Part shown: positions 50,580 through 61,369 of the stretch, in pieces
Layout: each line of letters starts with the position of its first letter
Numbering within the stretch: the first letter of the stretch is position 1
Origin: the human T2T-CHM13v2.0 reference genome, Homo sapiens
Reading direction: 5' to 3' (one strand)
Assembly: GCF_009914755.1 (NCBI RefSeq)
Contig: NC_060925.1
DNA: 64,000 nucleotides
Made by a program: the position numbers and the translations under genes
The notes under the pieces: generated by a model
The model's input: the letters and a program-made list of their open reading frames with translations, nothing else
The model's database searches: none
What the model was told of the DNA's origin: nothing

Positions 50580-51170
50580 AAAATCCGGAGTCCGGGGGGC
50601 TAATGGGGCTTTACTGGGACTCTCTGGCTTAATCCTCCAAACAACCCTGCCATAGCAGCCCATCAGTCCTCTGAGACAGGTGAGGAAACTGAGGTCGCAG
50701 GAGGGCACCCAGAAGGTCCAGGCAGAGCCCCCAGGCCCCCACACCTCCCCCCGTGGCAGCTCCAACCCCAGCTTTTTCACTAGTAAGGCACTCGCGCTGC
50801 TGGGCCACGCCCACTCCCCCACGCGGGGAAGGAGCTTCGCGCTGCCGCCTGGCTGGGGACTGGGCACGCCCTCCCGCGGCTCCGGAGCCGGCTGCCACCA
50901 GGGGGCGCGCCCGCGGTGTCCGGGAGCCTGGCGGCGCCTGTGCAGCGGCCAGTGCACCTGCTCCTGCCCTCGCCTCGGTCTCTGCCAGGACCCCGACGCC
51001 CAGCCGGACCCTGCCCTCCAGCGGGGCCGCGGCTCCACGGCCCGCAACAGCAGCCCCACCCGGCATTCGGCGCGCTCCGCGGGGCAGAGGTCGCGGTGTC
51101 CTCAGGCTGTGGCGCCGGCCTACAACCCCCACGCCGGGCCCGGGCCCCGTGATTATATTTGGGCCCCGTG
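50580..51170. promoter_or_regulatory. CpG island
   Basis: GC/CpG-dense block between AT-rich flanks. Confidence 0.85.
50895..50908 (+). promoter_or_regulatory. CTCF-binding motif CCACCAGGGGGCGC
   Basis: Exact match to the CTCF core consensus CCASYAGRKGGCRS, inside the CpG island. Confidence 0.85.
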
Positions 51171-51949
51171 TGATTATATTTGACAGGTCTTAGTTGACGC
51201 GCTGTTCAGCGCTTTGAGTTCGGCTGAGTTTTGGGTTGGAGAATTTTCTTCCACAGGGGATTGTCTTGGATTTTTCTATTTCTCCCTCAGTATCCACCTG
51301 GAAAACATTTCAATTAATTTATATTCACTTAAACATTTCCGTGCAAAAACTGTGTACAAAAGCCCCAAAGTATAATTTGCGCAGTTGAGCACATGTTCTG
51401 TTGTCCAGCATTTATGGTGGTTTGTAGTGGAAAAGATTTTTAGAATATGTGGATTTTTGGGATATTCCCAGAAGCCCAGATGGCCACACTTTAACTTTGG
51501 AGGAATTAATTCTCAGAATATTGCACACAATCAATCGCCTTTGGAAGGAGCATATATTCCCAGCAAAAGCTCTGGTTTTTTGAAGTCTGTGTTGTGTGTT
51601 ATTTCCAGGAGAATATGCAATGATGACAATGTTATTAACTGATTCGAATATGAAATGCTGTTATGCCAAACAATGAATCTTTGTGTTACACATTATGCCT
51701 AACTATAAATCTTCGTGTTATACATTTTAATGTCATTGGAGAGTACTCCTGTCTTCTTGGCATTATTGATAATTCGATTCTAATTGCTAATAAGTCAGAA
51801 AAATTAGGAACACCAAATTTCAGTCGTCTCAAAAGCACTCCTCTTATTAAATTTGGATTTTTACCTTTATCACATCAAAAGAAATATTGTTAGAAAGGTG
51901 TTTAATGTTTTCCAGATGGTTAGATTACTGTTATTAGTTCTGATTTCAT

Positions 51950-52800
51950 TGTTAATTTTTAAAACCATAGAGTTGGAAGTATCAATATGCCTTTCAATAT
52001 ACCTTAGTGGAATTTATTAAATTTTCATGGATGTCCTTTAGGAGGTTCAGGAAGTTATTTCTATTGCTAGATTTCTGGAAGATTTATCAGGAATGAGTGT
52101 CAGACATTGTCAGACGTCCATTGAAATCATCATGGTCTTTTCCTTTATTCTATTAATATGGTGTATTACACTGATTTTTAGATTTGTATTGGTAGGATAA
52201 TTCCACTTGGTTATATTGTCTAACTTTTTTCTAATTTTCTTTAATTTTTATTAGAGATGAGGCCTCACTCTGTCACCCAGGTTGGGGTGGAGTGGCACAG
52301 TCACAGCTCACTATAACCTCAAACTCCTGGGCTCAAGTGATCCTGCCACCTCAGCCTCCTAAGTAGCTGGCACTACAGGTGTGCACCACCATGCCAGGCT
52401 TATCTAACATTTTTATGTGTTGCTTCTTCCAGTTTACTAGAGTTTTTGGAGATTTCTGTCTTCATTCATGAGGGATAATAGTCTGCACATTTATTTTCTT
52501 GTGATGCTTTTGTCTGATTTGTTATCTGGGTAATACTGGCCTCAAAAATGAATTGAGGTTTTCCTGCTTCTCTGCTTTGCAAGTGTTTGTGAAGGATTGG
52601 TTATTCATTAAGTGTTTAATAGAATTCACTAGTGAAGCTTTGTGAGCCTGGGCTAGACTGATGAAGAGTTTTCATTAGTCTAATCTGTTTACTTGCTGTA
52701 TGAGTATGCATATATTCTCTTTCTTCTTGGTTTACTTTTACAATTTCTGTATAGCAGGGAATTTGTTTCTAATTTGTAGTATTTCATGCTTCTAGGTTTT
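51950..52800 (-). mobile_element. Old L1M ORF2 fragment, interrupted by an Alu
   Basis: GGGTAATACTGGCCTCAAAAATGAATTG...TAGAATTCACTAGTGAAGC is antisense L1 ORF2. Confidence 0.7.
52225..52400 (-). mobile_element. AluJ fragment
   Basis: CTCACTCTGTCACCCAGG...CTCCTGGGCTCAAGTGATCC...CACCACCATGCCAGGCT. Confidence 0.85.
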
Positions 52801-53480
52801 CATGGCAGTTGAGATGTAAGAATAAAAATAATGTTGGGAGAAAGAAGTTGTGGACAATCTGTGAATATCCCAACATCTGTTGTAGGAAGGTTAAGATTTT
52901 TTTTTTTTTTTTTGCTGTACTTAACTGAATACTCATATTTATAGTGTGAGACAAATGTAATGTTGTGTATAAATAGAACTAGGAAAATGTCTTAGTATTT
53001 AATCGAGATGGAAGTCTGGGCCTACCTCCTCTCTTTTATTAATATGTAGACAGGACACCAACACAAATTTGAATGAGGACAAATAAAATGTTAGCAAATG
53101 AAGAATGGTATGAATTGGTTAAAATGTGATGAAATAGAGTGGTGAATATTTACATAGAATCCATGATGTGTTAGGTGCTATTTCAAGCTATTTGCACATA
53201 TAGTTTTAATACCAGTGACATTAAGATGTATAACACAAAGATTCATATAAATAAAAATTACAACATTGAAAATAATATTAGATGACACTAAAACTATCGT
53301 AGAAATACACATTTATATAAAACAAAGTAACATCAAGTATTAAATAAATTTTAGAAACTTTGATTACTAATCAGATGAATAAGTGATTAGCCTTTTAATC
53401 CAGTAAACAAGGCATACATATTATTTTCAAATTCCAGAGACAAATATTTTAAATATTGAAGTCTAAGACCTAAAAATGTG

Positions 53481-54154
53481 TCCTGTAACTCTGGGGGAGG
53501 GGGTTTCATTTGTTCCACCTGCAGTGAGGTCTGTTAGCCCGTCTCAGGTTTGACTCCTGACTTAATTCCTAACAGGGGAAGCTGCTGTCCTGTAACTCTG
53601 GGGGAGGGGGTTTCATTTGCTCCACCTGCAGCGAGGTTAGCCCGTCTCAGGTTTGACTCCTGACTTAATTCCTAACAGGGGAAGCTGCTGTCCTGTGACT
53701 CTGGAGAAGGGGGTTTCATTTGCTCCACCTGCAGTGAGGTCTGTTAGCCCATCTCAGGTTTGACTCCTGACTTAATTCCTAACAGGGGAAGCTGCTGTCC
53801 TGTAACTCTGGGGGAGGGGGTTTCATTTGCTCCACCTGCAGCGAGGTTAGCCCATCTCAGGTTTGACTCCTGACTTAATTCCTAACAGGGGAAGCTGCTG
53901 TCCTGTGACTCTGGAGAAGGGGGTTTCATTTGCTCCACCTGCAGCGAGGTCTGTTAGCCCATCTCAGGTTTGACTCCTGACTTAATTCCTAACAGGGGAA
54001 GCTGCTGTCCTGTAACTCTGGGGGAGGGGGTTTCATTTGCTCCACCTGCAGCGAGGTTAGCCCGTCTCAGGTTTGACTCCTGACTTAATTTCTAACAGGG
54101 GAAGCTGCTGTCCTGTAACTCCGGGGGAGGGGGTTTCATTTGCTCCACCTGCAG
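53481..54154. repeat. Tandem array of alternating 107- and 103-bp units (210-bp higher-order dimer), ~6.4 monomers
   Basis: TCCTGTRACT starts at 53481, 53588, 53691, 53798, 53901, 54008 and 54111. Confidence 0.95.
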
Positions 54155-54266
54155 GGCGAATGGTGCTCTCACCTCACACGTGACACTTGGTCCTTTTTGC
54201 ATTATGGTGGTGACCACTGATGACCGTATACCTGGCCGTGGAGTGACTGGCTGTACTGTCTTACAG

Positions 54267-55324
54267 GTCAGTGTGGGGCCAGAAAAAACTGGGCCAAGGG
54301 ACACTACACAGAAGGCACCGAGCTGATGGAGTCAGTGATGTACGTTGTCAGAAAGGAGGCTGAGAGCTGTAACTGCCTGCAGGGTTTCCAGCTGACCCAC
54401 TCCCTGGGTTGGGGGACTGGGTCTGGGATGGGTACCCTTCTCATTAGTAAGATCCGGGAGGAGTACCCAGACAGGATCATAAACACATTCAGCGTCCTGC
54501 CCTCGCCCAAGGTGTCAGACACCGTGGTGGAGCCCTACAACGCCACCCTCTCAGTCCACCAGCTCATAGAAAATGTGGATGAGACCTTCTGCATAGATAA
54601 CGAAGCGCTATATGACATATGTTCCAGGACCCTAAAACTGCCCACACCCACCTATGGTGACCTGAACCACCTGGTGTCTGCTACCATGAGTGGGGTCACC
54701 ACGTGCCTGCGCTTCCCGGGCCAGCTGAACGCTGACCTGCGGAAGCTGGCCGTGAACATGGTCCCGTTTCCCCGGCTGCATTTCTTCATGCCCGGCTTTG
54801 CCCCACTGACCAGCCAGGGCAGCCAGCAGTACCGGGCCTTGACTGTGGCTGAGCTCACCCAGCAGATGTTTGATGCTAAGAACATGATGGCTGCCCGTGA
54901 CCCCCGTCACGGCCGCTACCTAACGGCGGCTGCCATTTTCCAGGGTCGCATGCCCATGAGGGAGGTGGATGAACAAATGTTCAACATTCAAAATAAGAAC
55001 AGCAGCTACTTTGCTGACTGGCTCCCCAACAACTTAAAAACTGCCGTCTGTGACATCCCACCCCGGGAGCTAAAAATGTCAGTCACCTTCATTGGGAATA
55101 ATACGGCCATCCAGGAACTCTTCAAGCGTGTCTCAGAGCAGTTTACAGCAATGTTCAGGCGCAAGGCCTTCCTCCATTGGTACACGGGCGAGGGCATGGA
55201 AGAGATGGAATTCACCGAGGCCGAGAGCAACATGAACGACCTGGTGTCTGAATATCAGCAATATCAGGATGCCACGGCTGAGGAGGAGGAGTTTGAGGAG
55301 TATGCTGAGGAGGAGGTGGCCTAG
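54267..55324 (+). pseudogene. TUBB8P11: Beta-tubulin TUBB8-like unprocessed, 5'-truncated pseudogene (terminal exon only)
   Basis: Acceptor CTGTCTTACAG| at 54266, then an open frame [16 protein letters not shown]...EEYAEEEVA-stop (TUBB8-type C-terminus). No MREI start or exons 1-3 in the window. The GGGTGSG signature is mutated to GWGTGSG. Symbol from locus recall. Confidence 0.9.
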
Positions 55325-56803
55325 AATTTTCCTTTTCTAGGTAAAGGGGGGAAGCAGCGTGGATTCTTAACTGTTCTGACAGCCATGTGTCTCTAAGCAC
55401 TTATTCATTTGTGTCTTCACCTCTCCTCCTGCTGCATTTTAAAGCACTTTTATAGTATGCAGTTTTGCCTAATATTTTCACAGCATCTGGTTTCACCTCC
55501 AACTTCTTTCCATGGGCCCTCCGGCTACTGCTGCCAGATGTGCATAGTTGTCCTGCAAGGCTGAAGCTGTCTGGGTTTATCACATGCCCAGGAACAAGCA
55601 TTCCAGTGGCTCTAGGAGGGGTCGGCATGGGTTGTGGACATGGCAGGCAGGTGCCACATGAACTTGGGGATGCCCTGGGCCTTGGGCAGCGACGTGGTGG
55701 AAAACCTGTTCCTGAAGGCAAGCCTTGGCTTATCCCATGTGCCAAACTTCTAGGGGACCAGCTGGCCCTCTGTTTCTGGAATTTTAAAAGGGGTCAGTGA
55801 CCCTGGTGGACAATGTCCCCAAAGTCTCATCTCAGGGTAGGAATGTGGTCAGACAGCTGGCTCTGAACCAGCAAGGAAGGATGGGCAAGTAGGACCCCAG
55901 GCACTCCATCACCACGATGGCCTGGGTGTGTTTGTGTGGCCTCATTCTCTTCACCAGGTGGGCATGGGGTATCTGGCAGGGACTAGGCAGGAATCAAGCC
56001 CGGTGTATACTCACATGCACTGAACCCTATGTAGAAGGGATTAGGTCCTGGGGGCCATAGATGGCGGTTGCTGGGCCTGTGTGCTCGGGGCAGTCTCTCC
56101 AAAGGCACAGATGGGGTTTCTGAACAGGACCTGGGGAGACAGGCAGGTGCTCACAAGTGCTGCTTCCCCCAACTGGCAACCAGTGAGGAAAAACGCCCGA
56201 GTGGAGGTCTGACCTGCCCCACTCTGGAGGGCTGATGCTCTCTGGAAAGGTGGGTGATGTGCAGTGTCTGCTGTCTCCCTGTCCCCCACTCCAAAACTTC
56301 AGGGAAAAAATAATCCAAGATTGTCAGGATGAGCCTGGTGAGGGTGGCACCTTTGGGGATAGGCCCTTCAGCCTGGCAGAGTCTCCTCCCCAGGCTTCTT
56401 GGGGAGCCTGGACTGCAAAGCCTGCTTTGGGGAAGCTGTCAAATGAGAGCTGTGTGTGTGAGCTGGGTGCTGGGCAACACGCACGGACAGTGTTCTTCTC
56501 CCTGGCTCTTGTAGAACTTGTCCATGGCCTGTGTGTTGGTCTCTTGGTAATTCCCACCCTACCCCCATCACACAGATAAGATGAAGCCAGCATAGCCCAG
56601 GGGTGGGGAGATGAACAGGCGCTACCCCAGGTCCCCTAGGCATGCCCATCTGCCTCTGACATGTCCGGGAAAGCAGGTGAGGCCCCTTCTTGTTCTCTGA
56701 ATGTTGTCAATGGTCTATTGCAGCCAAATGCGGACAGGCAGGCAGGAGAGTGTCTCATCTCGAAAGAAGTGGTTCCTGGAAGCAGCTGGGAGGTGGGAGA
56801 GGT

Positions 56804-58354
56804 TCCCCAAACTCCCCCATACTCCCCCATACTCCCCCACATTCCCTCACACTCCCCCACGCTCCCCCACGCTCGCCCACGCTCGCCCACGCTCCCCCAC
56901 GCTCCTCCCCCACACTCTCCCACACTCCCCCACACTCCCCCACACTCCCCCACGCTCCTCCCCCACACTCTCCCACACTCCCCCACACTCCCCCACGCTC
57001 CTCCCCCACACTCCCCCACACTCCTCCCCCATACTCCCCCACACTCCCTCATACTCCCCCATACTACCCCAACCTCCCCCATACTCCCCCATACTCCCCC
57101 ACACTCCCCCACACTCCCCCAAACTCCCCCATACTCCTCCCCCACACTCCCCCATACTCCCCCACACTCCCCCACACTCACCCACACTCCCCCATACTCC
57201 CCCACACTCCCCCACACTCACCCACACTCCCCCATACTCCCCCAACCTCCCCCATACTCCCCCACATTCCCCCATACTCCCCCACATTCCCCCACACTCC
57301 CCCATACTCCCCCAAACTCCCCCATACTCCTCCCCCATACTCCCCCACACTCCCCCACACTCCCCCAAACTCCCCCATACTCCTCCCCCATACTCCCCCA
57401 TACTCCCCCACACTCCCCCATACTCCCCCACACTCCCCCATACTCCCCCAACCTCCCCCATACTCCCCCACATTCCCCCATACTCCCCCATACTCCCCCA
57501 AACTCCCCCATACTCCTCCCCCATACTCCCCCACACTCCCCCACACTCCCCCAAACTCCCCCATACTCCTCCCCCATACTCCCCCACACTCCCCCACACT
57601 CCCCCATACTCCCCCACACTCCCCCACACTCCCCCATACTCCCCCACACTCCCCCACACTCCCCCATACTCCCCCAAACTCCCCCACATTCCCCCATACT
57701 CCCCCATACTCCCCCAAACTCCCCCATACTCCTCCCCCACACTCCCCCATACTCCCCCATACTCGCCCAACCTCCCCCATACTCCCCCACACTCCCCCAT
57801 ACTCCCCCACAGTCCCCCACACTCCCCCACACTCCCCCAACCTCCCCCATACTCCCCCATACTCGCCCACACTCGCCCACACCCCCCCATACTCCCCCAC
57901 ACTCCCCCATACTCCCCCACACCCCCCATACTCCCCCATACTCCCCCATACTCCCCCACACTCCCCCACACTCCCCCACACTCCCCCATACTCGCCCACA
58001 CTCCCCCACACCCCACACTCGCCCACACTCGCCCACACTCCCCCACACTCGCCCATACTCGCCCACACTCCCCCACACCCCACACTCGCCCACACTCGCC
58101 CACACTCCCCCACACTCGCCCACACTCGCCCACACTCCCCCACACTCGCCCACACTCCCCCACACTCCCCCACACTCCCCCACACTCACCCACACTCGCC
58201 CACACTCCCCCACACTCCCTCACAGTCGCCCACACTCCCCCACACTCCCCCACACTCCCCCACACTCGCCCACACTCCCCCACGCTCCCCCATACTCGCC
58301 CACGCTCCCCCACGCTCCCCCATACTCCCCCACACTCCCCCATACTCCCCCAAA
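56804..58354. repeat. 10-bp C-rich/G-rich minisatellite (CTCCCCCAYA / CTCGCCCACA), ~150 copies
   Basis: Directly visible; G5 runs on the minus strand. Confidence 0.97.
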
Positions 58355-58662
58355 CTGTTCTCAGGTTAGGAAAAGGGGCCTCTGTGACAGCCCCACTCAG
58401 TGGCTCTCACTGTCTGAGGGGTGTCCTTGCCCAACCCAGGTGCGCACCCATCTGAGATGGCCTTGCATGGACCTGGTTGGGAAGGTTCAGCTACAGCAAC
58501 CACTGGAACCTGCCCACACCTAGTGTCTCCACTCACACGTGGGGCTAGATGTTCCTCCCTCCCGTAGTGGCACAGCCAGTGGCAGAGGGGGCAAGTCACC
58601 GCTGCAGTTCCCACTTGAGTCTGAGGGGGGATCAGGCTTAGTGCCCATGTATTTCCCAATTA

Positions 58663-58899
<237 letters not shown>

Positions 58900-61369
58900 T
58901 CAACATTCTTGTAGGACTTCAGAACTGTGCCGACAGGGGCCCAGGAAGGAGCAGAGGCTGGGGCTGGCAGCTAACCAGTGTAGTGGGAGTTGTAGGGCTC
59001 AGTTTGGTCTTGCAGGGAATTCAGGGAGGCTTGGATTTGCTGAAGCTCTAGATGAGCTTGGGCTTGGATATGGAAACGGCATGGAGCCAGGGCCCTTCTG
59101 CACACTGGGGTCTGAGTAGTTGCACTCTGGTGCATCCATAGGTGTTCCCCACCTGGAGCACAGCTGTGGATAGAAGCCGGGAGAGCTGTGGAGGGAAGAG
59201 GAGGAGGAGGGAGTCTCGGGGCAGCCCCAGCTGCCAGGCAGGGCCTCTGCAAGTGAGATGCAGATCCAGCCTGTTGGCCATTTAGCACCTGCTTGGCCGC
59301 CTGCAGATCACCTGACCTCTGCTCACCTGTAAATGGGGGTTGCAGCAGCACTTACCTTCTGGGACTCCTGCAGCTTGAAGGGGCAGCACACACCACATGC
59401 TGAGAAGGCGCCTAACTCAGGCAAGCTTCTCCAACAGCACCACATCAGATTAACATCCAACCTGTACAGGACATCAAATCTCCCCATCCCTCATTCCAAT
59501 GGAAGAAAAGGGAGTCTCTGTCCTAGGGGAGCAAGCACAGGCCTATCTATGCAGTTGGCAGTTGGCACTTGACCCAGGTTGGGGAAAGGCCCTTGGATAC
59601 ATGCTGGTTTCACCAACCATCTGTGGGTTGGGTTTGGCCTGGACCCATGTACCCCAGGAGGCCAGCAGCCCCCTGCATGGGACAGGACTGGGAGGTGTGT
59701 GGGAGGGCTGAGCTTTGAGGGAAGCCATTATTTGGCCTCATGGGAAGTGGTGCAGGTGGTTGTTGGTGGCTCAGTTTTGCAGGGCCTGGGTGATCACCCA
59801 AGGAGTGAAAATTGCCTTTTTATGAGAAATTGCCAAAACTGATGCAAGCTCATCCGTTGAAAAGGTGAGTAATGCTGGCAGTTGGCTTCACCTGCCCCTT
59901 CCCCACAAGTAACTGGTGTTCAGAGGTGGATTTGGTTCCTTCCCAGCCTTTCCCGTTTGCATGTAGCTGTGTGCATGTACTTTTGTGTGTACACACACAT
60001 TCCCTGGAGGGGTTACTTTTATTTTTTTATTTGGGGGGATAACTAGTGAGGCAGCCTGACACTTTCTTATCTTGTCTTTTAAGTGTGGAGTCCTCTATGG
60101 AGTGGGCATCAGGTACTTCCTAGCTGGCCTCTGCCAGCTGTTTGGCTGCCCCAGTTTCTGCCCTTCACAGACATGCCAGCCACCTGCTGTGACATTCAGT
60201 GGCCTTGTTTGCAGCTAGTGTGATGAGACAAGTGGATCAGGTACATTATAAACTGAAAAAGCACACGACATGCAGAGGGAAAGGGTAAATGACCATGTGT
60301 GTCCTGCTCGGCTGAAGTCCACATCACATGACTGAGATGACATTTTTTCACCTAACATTTGGGCCCTGAGAAACGGCATCTATGTTTTACTTTTTATTTA
60401 TGACAGAGTTAGAAGAAATACTACCAGGCTTTCTTTTCCATTTTCCCCAACTCCCTCTTTACCCCCTCAAGTTTACCTACCTCAGAGAGAAAGCGGAGCT
60501 CGCCTGGTTAATGACAGCCTGAAATTATTTGAGTCAGGTCACTGTGTAAAGGTCATACTGCTTCTGTCTCCTTGTGCATCACCTGCGCAGCTCAGATATT
60601 TCATGGCTCCCTGTGTACAGGTAGCTGTGTTACCCTCCTAGCCGCTTTCTTGGTTTGATACATGCCTGGGAGCATGTGGGAGCACTTAAGGTCTAGGCTC
60701 ATGGGAGGACAGTTCTGCCCACCCCAGCTCATCTCTCCAGCTCAGCCTGCATGTATGCCTTCCTCCAACTGATTCCAGAGTAGGGGATGGGAGGTCTCAC
60801 ATTGACCTCAAGTTTATGTGACTTTTTCCACCTCTGCTTTCCCAGACAGCCCCTGCTGTGGGACTTGTAAGGAGATTTGTGAAGTCAGTATCTACTTTTC
60901 TTGTGTGGGTGTTTGTTTATAAATTATTCCCCTGGAGGGGAATAAATGTTAGAGGTACTCCAAACCCCTAACATATAAACATCTAAGCCTGGCCCTTTTT
61001 TGGTGGTAAAATATATATAACATAAAACTTACCATTTTAACCATGTTTAAAGGTACAGTTCCATGGCATCCAATATATTCAGTGTTGTCCAACCATCGAA
61101 TTTATCCATATCTACAACTTCTTTATCATCCTAAAATGAAACACCAAAACCATGAAGAAGTCACTGAATAGAAGACTGATGTATTTGACTCCATAAAAAT
61201 TAAAACTTTGTATGAGAGAAAAATGCCTCAAAGTCAAAAGTCAACAGGCTGGGGAAATAGATCTGCAATATACATGACACACAAAAAGCTAATTTGGGAT
61301 ATATATATACACACACACATATATATACATATGGATATATGTAAATATCCATTTTTAACACCATTTAAA

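Larger units (their letters stand above)
49045..56130 (-). ncRNA. FAM41C: lncRNA FAM41C, last two exons (56130-55087 and 49649-~49045); first exon further right, not located
   Basis: Minus-strand acceptor CCTGCCTGTCTCCCCAG| (intron ends at 56131), donor |GTGACT (55086-55081), acceptor TCTCTTTCCACTGCATTCTAG| (49650). Name and 3' end from locus recall. Confidence 0.7.

Noticed and set aside
50571-51193. 146-167 aa ORFs in the second CpG island
   Set aside because: GC-content artefacts on both strands with no recognisable domain.
54326-55324. Functional beta-tubulin CDS, or processed (retro) pseudogene
   Set aside because: It lacks the first ~92 codons and has a mutated GGGTGSG motif, so it is not functional. 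It keeps an intron acceptor and has no poly(A) tail or TSD, so it is not processed.
56661-58523. Extensin/mucin-like proline-rich protein gene
   Set aside because: All frames are open because of the 10-bp unit; no signal peptide or exon structure.
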